In this document: positions 1-13,013 of the stretch, one piece after another | Numbering within the stretch: the first letter of the stretch is position 1 | How the letters are laid out: each line of letters starts with the position of its first letter | Assembly: GCA_002189035.1 (NCBI GenBank) | Contig: NEEC01000013.1 | Location: 1,674,001-1,738,000 of the forward strand | Length of the DNA stretch: 64,000 nt | Reading direction: 5' to 3' | Origin: Utricularia gibba | Taxonomy: Eukaryota > Plantae > Magnoliophyta | Program-made: the position numbers and the translations under genes | Notes under the pieces: generated by a model | The model's database searches: none | Seen by the model: the letters and a program-made list of their open reading frames with translations, nothing else | What the model was told of the DNA's origin: nothing

Positions 1-320
1 CCGTCGCAGAAGCAGTCTCTGAAACTGAGTCCCCTAAAGCTCAGAAGGAAGGACGCCCCTGAGAAGCCCAAGGTCAGTGGTGATGCTTTGTAATAAAACA
101 GGGACACCTAGTCACTGGGCTGCCCACTCCCACCAAGCCCTCGTTGGTGCTGTGGTTCTTACAAATATTTACAAAATTCATGTCATTACACACACACACA
201 GGACTGTCAGATCAGGGCACGTTAGGTTACCCGAGCGACAGAAAACTAGGAGGGTGGTTATTGGTTGGTTTACCGATGTAATATTCAAAGCCCACAGGTC
301 TCTCGTTCCTTTTCCCAACA

Positions 321-352
321 TGACGTGAAAAGGCGTCAGTGGGGAAATGACG
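321..352. promoter_or_regulatory. Cluster of three TGACG (as-1/TGA-type) half sites
   Basis: TGACGT at 321, CGTCA at 334-338 and TGACG at 348-352. The regulated gene is not identifiable in the window. Confidence 0.25.
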
Positions 353-1023
353 CGGCCGAAAGTGATTTCTAGAACTCCGGCGGCCCCTACCGGTGGACCG
401 GATCAGATCGCACCACCATCTTCGTCTCCGGTCATTTCTCACACTGTGTTTCACGTTGAAAACGCCAGACAAAGTACCCCTTTGCAAAAGACCCTTTAAG
501 GAAAAGAAGAGCACAAGGTGGAAGGATGACCTTACAGGCCGAAAGCCACAAATGGTGCGGATCGCTTTTGACCGCCTTCCATTTTTCACTCCACCACAGC
601 TTTATATTCTTAGTGGTTTCCGTGCTATTTTTCGAGTCAAATCATATTTTTACAATGTTTTGAATTATACTTATCATAAAATATTATGAAAAATGAAATT
701 AATTGTAATTCTCAACAGCTTTTTCAAATCTACTGTAAATTATAGTTGATCTCTAACAATCAAGATCTTGAAATTATAGATCGCTTCATTAGTAACTCGT
801 AGAATCTTGTGAAATTTTTTATGAAAGTTGTTGAAATGAATCCGAAAATTCAAAAATTTGGGATTGAATTCATCGTTTTAAAACATGGATCATCTATTCA
901 AACTAATGTTGGTACATAATGTCTAGATTTAGTATTGGTTATAAACCCGAGGTGTAAAATGGTTTGGAAGACTTGCAGCATTGGTTGAGGTATACGATTC
1001 CCTTCCTAGGTCTTCAACAAAAA

Positions 1024-1270
1024 GATGCAATTTTATATTTTAGATTGAGTTCATATCGCATTGACATACGTGGGAATGAGATCCTTATAATACTTCTTGT
1101 ATCAGAATATTATTCACAAAGTAATGATTTATGTTTTATTGTTCACAATGCAATGATCTATGCAATTCTATATTCTGGATTGAGTTCATATTACGTTGAC
1201 ATATGTTGAGATGAGATTCTCGTACATCTAATTGTATCCAAATATTGTTCACAATGTAGTGATCTATATT
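1024..1270. repeat. Degenerate two-copy tandem duplication, period about 135 bp
   Basis: ttgagttcatatcgcattgacatacgtgggaatgagat (1045) aligns with ttgagttcatattacgttgacatatgttgagatgagat (1180), and the similarity continues downstream. Confidence 0.6.
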
Positions 1271-2833
1271 CATTTTGCACGATATTATTTATTTTAAATA
1301 TTAAATTTCAATAGTTTTATATTTTCCTTATCATTGGTTTGTCTTTATAGAATGTCATGTTTTCTAAAAATTTCTACAAATAAAGCATGATTAACTTTAC
1401 ACTTACTATTAAGAATCTTCTACTATATTCGAAAAAAAAAAGAATTTTACGCCATCATTCTATTCAATCTCACACTTATTCCCGTCTTTCCCTTTATGTA
1501 ATTTGGGTAGGATGATTTTCTCCTTAGTGGGGCATCACATGCAAATGTAACCCGTTAGTGCAACTGCGTGACCAATTCTGACGCAATAAATACTTCTAAA
1601 AAGAATATGATTAAAATTCACAATTTGTTCGTTCAACTGTTGACTACAACCGCGTCACGTCCAGAAAAGAAAAAATCGAACGCATTAAATTTGGTGAATA
1701 GAATACGTAAATTATTGAATGCCGCACACTTTATTTCTCTTGGTTTCACATGCACCCCGGGCCCACCCCCTTTTTAAATGGTCATTTTTGTTATTAATTC
1801 CAGAATTCCAGCGTACGAAATTAAATTATTATTTCGAGCCAATAATATTGTAATAATTGCTATTGTAGTAATAACTGTCTCAGACACCCCCCTCACCATT
1901 CCTCGGATCCCTTCCGGGGAAAAAAAACGGAATTTCTAGACATTTGTATTGTAAGACTTAACGCTGTTTTTCAAATTTGACTATTTGTCCGTACGAGAAT
2001 TTTCTGGTAGTACGGATGCCTATTTATTCCATAATTTACTTTGGGAGTAATATTTTAAAAATTATTGATTTAATTTGAATTTAAATATCATTCAATTTAA
2101 ATTCATGATTAAATATATTCATTCCATGTAAATAATTTTTTAAAATATAATTAAAAGTAGTTTAATTTGATATATGTGACATCAAAAAACTTTTTTTGTA
2201 TAACATTTGATTTGGTAAAATAATATAATATATTATTTCCACTATCTAGAAGGCCTCTTTGAATGGGGCATGTATGGTGTAAACTCATTCTAATTCTATG
2301 TAATTATTTCAATTCTCTTTATTCAAAATGAGAAAATTATGCCGAAAAACCCCCCAAAGTTCAACATTTTGGTAAAATTAATTTTCATTTTTAATACAAA
2401 TTATGTGATTCATACTTATTGATAAACTTAGCTCCCAAAAGTTTATGTATTAACTATAACCAGTTTTCAAAATTTGATATTGGGTATAATTAATTTTTAT
2501 TATTAAAAATAATCAATTTTTTCAAATAATGTGAATAATTTATCAATGATTTAGAATAATGAGAATAATATTAATATAGTGAAAATCAAATTTGTAATTT
2601 TTACAAATATTAGAAACTAATATCCCATATTTGATCTATTCTAAATAATCATTTGTTCTTTTTTTAAAAAAAAATAATTATTATTAAATGATTTATTATT
2701 AATTTATTGTATCCAGATCTCTAGTTATATATAAACCGCAGCGAAGGCCACCCACAAACTTGCATTCAACAACACACAGAGCGAAGGGCTTCTTCCTCTG
2801 CATCGTTTTAGCAGTAGAAGTAACCAGGAGTCC

Positions 2834-3144
2834 ATGGCGCCGTCCAAGTCTACGGCTAGTTTTCTGGTGGCTCTCATCCTGCTCCATCTCTTCTGTTGCT
2901 CCGCCGCCCGTGGCCTCCCGGAAAAAGAGTCCCCCGCCGAGGTCAGTTCCCTGTTGAGTGCTGTAATCTTCCCCTTCGTCGACCTGAAAATCTATTTCTG
3001 TTGCAGAGGGTGAAGGCGGCAGCGGTGGAGACGGCGGAAGACGAGGGTGGGTGCCAGGGAATCACCGGGGACGACTGCTTGGTAAGAAGAACGCTACAAG
3101 CTCAGCTCGATTACATATACACTCAGTCGCGTGGGAGACCGTAG
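2834..3144 (+). CDS. PSK: Phytosulfokine precursor, 2 exons (2834-2941, 3007-3144)
   Basis: Signal peptide MAPSKSTASFLVALILLHLFCCSAARG, a 65-nt GT-AG intron, and C-terminal CQGITGDDCLVRRTLQAQLDYIYTQ containing the PSK pentapeptide YIYTQ. Confidence 0.95.
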
Positions 3145-4174
3145 CTGCTTTGGCGAATGTAATTTCTTTTTTTTAATAGTCGAATATTGCTGGTGTCTTT
3201 TTTTTTTAATATTATATTTAATATGTAATGAAAATTATACTTAATAATAATTTCATTTTACGAACCCAAAAATAGTTGGTATTTTTTAATATTATTTTTT
3301 AAATTAAACTTTTGTGGGATCCGATTGGTTATATGAAACAGAGTAAACAGATTTACCTTTATTTGAAATAAAAAAATATTTCTTAGGGAATGAAAAAAAA
3401 CCTAACTCTGCTTTGTGATTATTTTTATTCTTTGCTGCATATTTCAATGAATTGTTTTTTACTCATACATAATTTAACCAACCAATTAAATATAAGGGTA
3501 AATGGTAACATTGATTCAGAGAACGGTTGGGAATTAATGGTAACAATGTTAAGGCCGACTTTTGGTAGTTGATGTGTGGAATTAATGGTCCACATTCATC
3601 AATGTACTTGCCCACTATTCAATGTCACGATTCGACCCACCCATTCTAAATCAAATTTCACATGCTACCCGAGATTATGGTATGGACTGCGATATCAATT
3701 ACCAATCGAGAAATAAATGTGCTTAGATAGGGAAACCATACTATTATATTTTTTTTCTATAAGAGAAAACAATATAAAATCATAAGAATTGAATATACAA
3801 AACGCATCTAATGATGTAAAGAAAAAGTGAATTATGATATTTGGGATCATAATCAAATTAGAACTTGTAATCAAAGTGAAGATCTTGGATGACTAAAGGG
3901 GAGAAGATTAGTGATAATATTCCACATTACGAATATGGAAGATTATATATTTAAAAAAATAGAATGTAAAATCATAAGAATTAAATGATTAAATCTGATA
4001 TATTACACAATGAAAGTATAAATTATGATATTTGGTATTATAACTAAATCTGGATATATGTGAATGATGAGGCACGATATTCATGGAGTATGTTGAGTAT
4101 TATATACTTATTAAGCACACTTTGTGAAACATATTGTGTCATTCATTTGGGTCTCGTAAAGAATGGGTTAATAG

Positions 4175-4214
4175 GTTTCAGACACCGCAAACCCAACTTT
4201 GTGGTGTCTGAAAC
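4175..4214. repeat. Short inverted repeat (17-bp arms, 6-nt loop)
   Basis: gtttcagacaccgcaaa ... tttgtggtgtctgaaac, one mismatch; possibly collapsed MITE termini. Confidence 0.55.
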
Positions 4215-5366
4215 ACATGAATTCTTTTATACTTAGGCATCCTAATAGTACGATTGGAATGTCTAGATGATTAAACATAATAAGAATATAATAGTCAATT
4301 TGTAATATTTGATTACAAATATCTATTTTTAAACATCTTTAACAAACATATAAAGTTACTAATCCTAAATAATTGTAAACTATTCACCAAACACATTATT
4401 TTGAATAAACCATCATTCATGGGATGAATTAAACCATAATAACCTAAACACTAATAATTTATACCCACTTAATAAACATGACCTAACAGTAATGTGATGT
4501 TAGAAGATGATAAATGCCGTTGCGGTCGTCAGTTCGATAGATTCGATTATTTCTCTGCCGCTGCTCATCGGCGCCGCCGTGTGAGCTCTGAAATGCCATC
4601 GTAGAATTAAGAAGTGGGCTGACCGGGTGATTTATCATTTTCATTGAAATGTCCGTTTTTTGCTTCTTTGAAATGGGATCACTAATCACATCTCATGTAG
4701 GCGTTTAATTCTTTGAATGGGAAGCTATGATTTGTTTTTTATTATTTCATTCTCCGCAATTGCTTGGTTATTCATTCCCAAAATCCCATCTTGAGTCCGT
4801 TTTTGTGGATTGATTCATTAGCACAAAAGAGAAAGGTACACTCTGTTACGTTTCACGCTTCTCTGGTATGCTTCGGGATAGGAGTTGTTTCAGGGGAACC
4901 CATATTTGGCCCTACCTTGAGTACTGGAAGAACAAGAAGCTCAGGAAGCAGCTGGGAATAAAAAACTAGGAAATATGAGCTCTTTTCTTTGAGATCATGG
5001 ATTAGATTCTGTGTAGGTGCAACAGTGAAGAGAAGGAAAACCAGAAAGTGTATACGACCACCAGGCTTTTCACTGATCCAGGAAACTGATCTGTGGCAGT
5101 TTTAGCTATTAAAACTTGTTGTGCCTTGTTCTACGCCGGAAGGCAGGGGAGCTCTCACAGTGTCTTACTCCCAACAAAGAAAGCACGAAAAAATCAGGGT
5201 GGTTGGATATGATGCAAAACAAGTTTGATCATGGGAGAAAAGTTGAACCAACCATGCCGGTTTAGTTGCAAGAATATGCAGAATCTGATAAAGGAACTGA
5301 AGAAACTCTAGCAGAAGACTATATCTTTATATACCACACTAAATCTGGTAGAGATATGTATTGGAA

Positions 5367-6674
5367 TTAGCTCCTGGTCTTGGAGTGCTTGACGAACCAA
5401 TTGATGACCTGATCGATGTTGGTTGAGATCTTGCATGAGATCATGAAAGAACAAACCTCCCGGTCTGTTATGGCATTCAAATCCCTGCATCATACCGCAC
5501 ACTTGTTTGCATGACTCCTGCTTCTAAAACATGGGTATCTTGAACTTACATCTGATCACTCAGTTCTTGCTTCGATAATGCATCTGGCTTGTCGATCTTG
5601 TTCCCAAGTACCAGTAGAGGAATGCCGTTCAGTGATGGCTTGCCCAACAGGTCATGAAGTTCGCCCCTGGAGTTGGAGATGTTCTCATGATCGGCAGCAT
5701 CAACTACATACCTAGATTAACATCATGCTGTAACCAATGACTGAATTGCAGAAGTCATTTCCTAACAAGCTACCAAGAACAGTGAAAAAGCGCATACACA
5801 ATCGCAGAAACTGCACGGCAATATCGCTCCCACATGCTCCGGAACCGGGGCTGGCCACCGAGATCCCATAACTTTATAGTGACATTTCCTTTAGTGACTT
5901 TCTTCATATTAAACCCGACCTGGAAGATCAAACTAGGTTTCAATAAAGGCTTCAAAGCTCAAAACCATAGATCCGTGCAAGAAACCTTACAGTAGGAATC
6001 ATATCTTCACTATAACCACCAGTCTGCAGAGTAGAAACAGATAACAAAAGTGTTGATGACGGGAAGGAATGGATTGGATTACACATGAAACTTGGACAAC
6101 AGGGCCGTAGAGATTCAAACTTACATCAATGACATTTACAAGGGACGTTTTCCCTGCATTCTGAAGACCTATCAAAGACAGCTCCATCTCTTGCTTGAAG
6201 AATAAGCTGCAAGTATGATTCAAAAACATGGTCAAGCTTTGAACTTTACGCATCCTCTGGCATGATCGCCTCTGCTATCGAAGAACATAAAAGGCAATCA
6301 AAAGCTGGAGCCGAGACAAAACCATTGTCATAGGGGATCCAACATAATAGACAAACATATGCAACGTCATTGTTAGTATTTTGATATAATCAGATCAAGA
6401 ACAAGTGAACAACTGACGATGCTTTCCATATTCACAAGATGAAAAAACAAAACATTAAAACCGGAACTTGATATAAATGCACAGAAAACTTCGGTTGAGA
6501 GTTTATACTACACAACCCAAATTTCAAAAGTCATCTGCACACCGCATTGAAAGAAAAATCGAGGAAAAAGGCACAATTTTTCTGATAAATTTCATATTCA
6601 AAAAAACAAAAGAATCACAAAGAGGCGGCTAAAAACCTTCTAAGCCAATTGAGAAAAGTTTCCCAGACACCCAT
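5367..6674 (-). CDS. ARL8: ADP-ribosylation factor-like GTPase ARL8 (ARLA1), 6 exons
   Basis: Spliced product [39 protein letters not shown]...[46 protein letters not shown]...LGNKIDK...[24 protein letters not shown]1, G3 and G4 motifs are intact and introns are GT-AG. Confidence 0.96.
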
Positions 6675-6974
6675 TGGCTTCGACTTGGCGGATCGTGAGG
6701 CCCTGGAAAGCGAAAATGTATCTCGTCTGTCTTCTCCCGATGGACTCCTCCAGTCTCCACACGAATGAGACCGCTCCGTCTTCCTCCCGTCCCAGAGCAG
6801 AAATCTCTATATATAAATAAGTTCACAAATATCTGCAAAATATTTTACTTGAGTTTATATTTTTAAAAATAATTACAATAATTTGTCCAGAAAATTGGCG
6901 TGGCGGCCGGCGGGGAGGAGGCAAATATGCTGACGAAGGGGCCTGCCACTTGCATATCCCCAAATCCCCAATTG

Positions 6975-6982
6975 AACCCTAA
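6975..6982 (+). promoter_or_regulatory. Telo-box-like motif in the short divergent ARL8/CYP65 promoter
   Basis: AACCCTAA lies about 60 bp upstream of the CYP65 ATG. The two ATGs are only about 370 bp apart. Confidence 0.35.
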
Positions 6983-7042
6983 TTCGTTTTCAGGTGAATT
7001 CAAGGTTTAAAAGTTAAGGGTTTCTGGATTTGAGTCGCAAGA

Positions 7043-9913
7043 ATGGGGAAGAAGCAGCACAGCAAGGATCGGATGTTCATAACCAAAACGGAGTGGGCTA
7101 CCGAGTGGGGTGGCGCCAAGTCCAAGGAAGTCACTCCCTTCAAGCGCCTCCCCTTCTATTGCTGCGCGTACTCATTTACTTTCTGCTTTGGGTACTTTTT
7201 GTGGGTTATGTTTTTGTTGGAAATATGATGATTTTTTTTCATGGGAATTGCAGGCTTACTTTCACTCCATTTGAAGATCCTGCTTGCACTGAAGATGGGA
7301 ACGTTTTCGACATCACGTGGGTACTCGTAGTGTGGAAAACATACAAGATTCTTTGTGTTTCAGTTTTTTGTATCGTTTGTAGATGAGAATGTAGTAGGTT
7401 GAGAATTTTACTTGAGTGCTTTCACATTGAGTTTATTTCATGCTTTAGGAGCATAACTCCATACATCAGGAAGTTCGGTAGGCATCCTGTAACTGGAGCG
7501 CCACTCAAGATAGACGACTTGATACCACTGTCCTTCCATAAGAATTCTGAGGGTGACCCGACATATTACAGTTTTTTTTTTAGCATGATGAGGTTCATAC
7601 TCGAAGTGCTTTGGATGTTAAAGATTGTTTGGTGTGTGTTTAGATGGTAAGGGTAGTCTATTATGCTTCTTCTGCATCAAATGATGCTAAGTTGATGCCT
7701 TCAATGCTCTTGGTAAAACTTTTATTTTTAATGTGTGATCTATTGATTAGTCTTCGAAGCATAAAAGAGACATTTTTAGTGATTAAGTATGCAACATCCT
7801 TCAGGAGAGTATCACTGCCCTGTTCTCAACAAGGTTTTTACGGAATTCTCACACATAGTTGCTATAAAAACTACCGGAAATGTGTTCTGCTATGAGGTAC
7901 TTTTCTCCATTTTCGATAATTTTTACTCTTCCTTTTTAAGCAATGGCTATATGTGCATGCTTCTAGGCAGTTAAGGAGTTAAACATTAAAACTAAGAATT
8001 GGAAGGAGCTTCTTACAGACGAACCTTTCAAAAGGGAAGACATTATTACTATTCAGGTAGAATTTCGTACCCATTGCCATATTACTCTTTCCTGTATTCC
8101 TTTTGAGAAATGATCTTGACAATTCTCTTATGCTTTTGTTGAAATGCTAGAATCCTAATGCTCTTGATAGCAAGGTTCTTGTTGACTTTGATCATGTGAA
8201 GAAGAATCTGACGCTTGATGATGAAGGTTTATGGTCTCTTATTTTGCTATATAGTATGCCTCCTCATGTCTCTTTTATAAATATGTGTTAACCTCGTGTT
8301 GTGGCAGAGCTGAAGAAAATGGAATCCGACCCATCTTATAACATAAACGTTACTGGCGATTTAAAACAAATGCTTGGGGAGCTTGGAACAGAAAAGGCAA
8401 AGGAGATTGCATTGCATGGTGGAGGTGGAAGCAAGGCTAAAGCTGAAAGGGCGGTTGCACTTGCAACCATCATAGCAGCAAGATCACGTCTCAAAGATGA
8501 CAATGAATCGAAGGATGATGCAAAACCTAAACAGAGCTTCAGTATTGTAGATGCTGCATCCGCTTCAGTTCATGGAAGGAGCGCTGCTGCTGCCAAAGCT
8601 GATGCTAGTCACAAAACTGCTGCTCGCATTGCAATGCATATGGCTGGTGACAGGAAACCTGTAAATGCCAAGATGGTTAGTTCATCACTTCTGGTTGTTT
8701 TGTCTAGTTTGATATTTTTCTTTACTGCTGTAATTAGGCGACTCATGCATTTTGGTAATCTTAGGTCAGAAGTCGCTTCACATCTGGTGCTGCATCGAGA
8801 TCATTTACATCTACTTCTTATGATCCTGTCACGAAAAATGAATATGAGTATGTTGAAGTTGAGAAAAATCCAACGAAGAAAGGATATGTACGGTTGCAAA
8901 CAACTCATGGTGATTTGAATATTGAGCTGCATTGTGACATCGCTCCAAGGGCATGTGAGAATTTCATCACTCTATCTGAGCGTGGATACTATAATGGAGT
9001 GGTTTTTCATAGAAGTATAAGGTACTTTTTTTCCATTTAGATGGATACATTCAACCATATGTTCCTCCATATTTCTTAATTACTGTGCTATATTCAACGT
9101 GCTTTTGGTTTCTTCTCATGCAGAAACTTTATGATCCAAGGAGGTGACCCTACAGGGACAGGTAGAGGAGGCGAATCTATATGGGGAAAACCCTTTAAAG
9201 ATGAATTTAATTCCAAGTTAACCCACTCTGGAAGAGGTGTAGTCAGTATGGCTAACTCTGGTCCCCATTCCAATGGATCTCAGTTCTTCATACTTTACAA
9301 GTCCGCTAATCATTTAAACTTCAAGCATACTGTTTTCGGAATGGTTGTTGGAGGGTTGACAACCCTTTCAGCTATGGAGAACGTCGAGACGGATGACGAC
9401 GACCGGCCACTAGTATGTTCCTCTATTTTATGCTAAATGAATCCAACTGATGAGCTCTTGATTTCTTAGTTTGTTGGGTTTACCAGTGAGCCTGAACTTC
9501 ACTCTTATCTGTTTCTTTTAGACTGAGATCAAGATTCTTAGTATCGATGTGTACGTGAATCCTTACTCCGAATCTGATGAAGAGGAAGCAGGGAAGGTCA
9601 AGGAGGACAGCAAAGCTGACGAAGAAGAAAATGTGAGTTTCAGTCTCCACTTTTTTTTGACTGAAGTTTTCCCCATCTTTCTCTAATATGTTTTCAACAC
9701 CTGCTGTTCGCATATCAGGGTTTGGCCGGCTCGTGGTACAGCAATCCGAAAAACACCCCAGCTGGTGCTGGAACTGGAGTTGGGAGGTACATGGCTTCCA
9801 AAACAGCTGATGCACCATCCAGAGGATCCGCTGATGCTGATGGGTCGGTGTTAAAGAAACCAAAGTTGGGTGGATCCTCCTCACTCCAGTTTTCCAATTT
9901 CTCTGGCTGGTGA
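7043..9913 (+). CDS. CYP65: U-box/RING-type cyclophilin CYP65 (PPIL2 orthologue), multi-exon
   Basis: [24 protein letters not shown] start, [30 protein letters not shown], PPIase domain [10 protein letters not shown]...[27 protein letters not shown]...[15 protein letters not shown], and C-terminal FSNFSGW*. Confidence 0.96.
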
Positions 9914-10289
9914 AATTCTGTGCGCTCGTGGGCGGTGGCTCCCTCGACTTCTGTATCAGTTAGGCTCAGCGGGGAGAAACACGGCGCCACTGCCTACGGT
10001 GCATCTGGCCTTCTCGTGTCTACTGAATTTTGGATCAGTTACTGAAAACGCATGAAGTCACAGGTGGCCTTTTTTTTATTTATTTCAAGTTTTTTTTTAA
10101 AAAAGTATATCAATTATATTTTCAATTTTTTTTCCACCCATTAGACCAAAGAAAGGTTCGGACACGGGACAACGCTCGCGTAGTCCCATAGATTTGGATC
10201 TATGATGCGGTAGTAACAAAACTGTATATGTAGTAAAAGAGAATGAGTCTAACAGGAGAGTTCTTCGAGGAAAGCATGATTCAGCAGCG

Positions 10290-10856
10290 AGGTGGAACAT
10301 GGAAGCACCGCAAGGTTTGTAGTCCATAACGTAGCTTACAGGAAGTTTCAAAGCTGAAACCTTCAGCAAAGGGAGACACAATCATCTATGCTTGACACGT
10401 ACAATATGAGAATGTGGATCGTCAAGACGGCAGACACAATCATCTCAGGAAACTATTCTTGAAGCTGAATATCCATTTTCCAACATTGCAGTTTGAGGAA
10501 TTCATTGGACAGGCATAGACAGCCTACAACAGCCAGTAGGCACAAACATAGGTATACTCAAAACGGCTTCCAAAACCTTTAAAGAAAGTACCGTGACCGG
10601 ATACCCTTCTTAAAAAGATGTCAATCAGTTGGGCTAGTGAACAAAGCGGGACATGCTAAATGTCATTAGCAAGCCCAGAAAGCTTCAACTGAACTCAACC
10701 ATTACCATGAAAATGACAGATGCATGCTAATTTACACCTCAAGATCTCAAACCCCCTGCATAACCAGTCAAGAAAAAGAGCATGAAACTCACGGTACTGA
10801 ACTCAACAATCTTCTTAATACTATCCTCATAAGATGCCTGGGTCATGACACCAGGT
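10290..10856 (-). pseudogene. nCBP: Pseudogene of novel cap-binding protein (nCBP, class II eIF4E)
   Basis: Colinear remnants: PGVMTQASYEDSIKKIVEFST|, VEAFWAC**HLACPALFTSPTD*HLFKKGIR (stops at 10663-10668 and 10621-10623), NCNVGKWIFSFK, LKLPVSYVMDYKPCGAS. The exon encoding LALVGDQLD...SVWNRNASD is missing and no first coding exon was found. Confidence 0.88.
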
Positions 10857-13013
10857 AAAAATACAAACACCAAAATTGCACTGTGAGTCCTTACGTTCTC
10901 AATAAGCCAAACATTGGCAGGTAAACAAATTAAAAGGCATTATAGTCGTACTACCACTACCTGAACTACAAACACCAAAATTGCATTAAACATTACCGGA
11001 ATCTAGATTACATGAGCGATTACAAACTGCATAACCCGACATTCTTTTACGTCAAATTGAATCATTGAAGCAGCATCAAAACTATTACAGAAAACAAGAA
11101 TATTGAACGGGGTTTTGGCTTTGGTGAGCCATTCTGTATGAGAACCTACTCGCCTACAGGAGACAAATATTGTTGAATATCATCAATAATACATTTGGAT
11201 AGGCTCAGCATTCCAAAAACATTTTCAGTTAGTGAAAGAGAAAACCATCAAGACACAATTTAGAATGTATGAAATCAAACTAGGAAAGGGACACAGAATA
11301 GATGAAAACATTGTCCCTTACCCTCAAACAGATTCATCATGTTTTACGCCCCTGTCTGAACAAATGGGAAATTCGAACTCAACCCATTAGTTATTCGAGA
11401 GGCAATACCAACTCATAAATCAAACCCATAAACTGAATTATTTCTCGCATTCACAAGTCACATAACAAAAAAAAAACAAAACCAAACCTTTTGTGTCAAA
11501 ATATTATATACACTCAAAAGGCCGCGGCTAGCAGATCCAACAGCAAAAATCGTGATGTTGATGACTAACAAAACAGTACGAATCCGTTAAAAAAAAAGAA
11601 AAAGAAAAGAGACAGTCCTCGAGAACACAATGAGCAGCATTCTCCGAGACGAATAGCAAGCAACGCAGTACCATCAGTGAATCATTAGGTTTTCACGAAG
11701 AGGCAATTCTGCGGCTCCAGTTTTGACCTAAATGAGACCGCAAATTAAATAGGCAAAACTGGGCCACATTTATTACACCCTGACCCGTCCCAATTTAAAC
11801 GGGTTGGGTTTTATTGGCCCAACCAATTTAATAAAAATAATTCCAAGAGAAAATGCATTACTTAATTCAAATCCAAAAAAAGGAGAGAAATACAAAGTCA
11901 AATTTGCATTGCACAGTGCAATTTGCACTCGACCAATTGGATTGGGCTCGTGTCCTTGTCCAAGCAAGATATTTCTATTTTTAGCTTCTTTTAGAATATT
12001 CATCCACCAATGCCAATTTCCATAAATTGAGTGCTTTTACAATCATGGGTTCAATTCAGAATTAGGTCCAATTTAATTTAAGTTCATGACTAAATCAAAG
12101 AATAAATTTAATCCAATTAAATAGTAATTTTTTAAAAAATATATTATAAATATAATTAAAAATATTAATTTCGATTCAACCCATTATAAAAAAATATTCA
12201 ATCTAAATCCATTAATTAAATCAAATAATAGGTTTAATTTTTAAAAAATATATTGATGTCAATTTTTACTAAAACTATATTTCACTAACTTTTTTTCAAT
12301 ATTTTTCAATAAAAACATCTAAGAAAAAGCAAAATAGATTTCATTCCAAAACAAGAAAATATCTTGGCATGTGATAAAAAATTCATTGTGTTATCAATGG
12401 CAACCAACAAGGTGGCCCACATAGACCTAATTGATAGAGATCTTGTTTTTGTTTTTTTTTTCTTATAACCATTTAGGTTTACAACAAGGATGACAAATTT
12501 TTTTAAAAAAAATTACACATATTCATTGTAAAATTAATATTCTTTTGATAATTAATACTCTGATATGAGAATTCTACATTGTGTTAGAATTTACCGCACT
12601 ACCATTTTCATATTATAGAATATTTATACATTTGATTATCTGATGATATGTGTATAAAAAAAAATTGATCGTTTTTAATATAAAATTTTTAATTTAGTAT
12701 TTGTGAGATAAAATAAAATTTATCAATTTTGTAAATAACCCTTTATATTTGATCATAAAATGATATTTAATGTTTAATGTGAAAAATATGTTTATTATTT
12801 TACAAAAAAAAAAGATGGAAACTCCGGCTTTGCCTACATTTGGAAGGAGAGCAGGTGTGGGTGGTGAAGAGGTTTGGATGAATGCGGGAGAGTTATCTGG
12901 TTGACGTGTTTCCTCCTCGATACTGTCATGATTCTTCTTCCCGGTTCGAATCGTCGTTTCACGGATAGCAGCCAGTAGCCACGCTTCGTGGTAACAGCTT
13001 TTTCTTTTCTCTA

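Noticed and set aside
1-93. Possible end of a plus-strand CDS (..KLSPLKLRRKDAPEKPKVSGDAL*) or 5' region of a minus-strand gene
   Set aside because: Too short, frames on both strands are open, and no family motif is recognisable.
227-689. ORFs of 98-120 aa at the window start
   Set aside because: Arg/Ser-rich, non-protein-like translations of promoter or UTR DNA.
10440-10690. Apparent snoRNA-like box motifs and hairpins on the minus strand
   Set aside because: Better explained as decayed nCBP exons; no convincing rRNA guide sequence.
12890-12960. GGTTCGAATC B-box-like motif upstream of the MTP gene
   Set aside because: No cloverleaf or paired acceptor stem, so not a tRNA.
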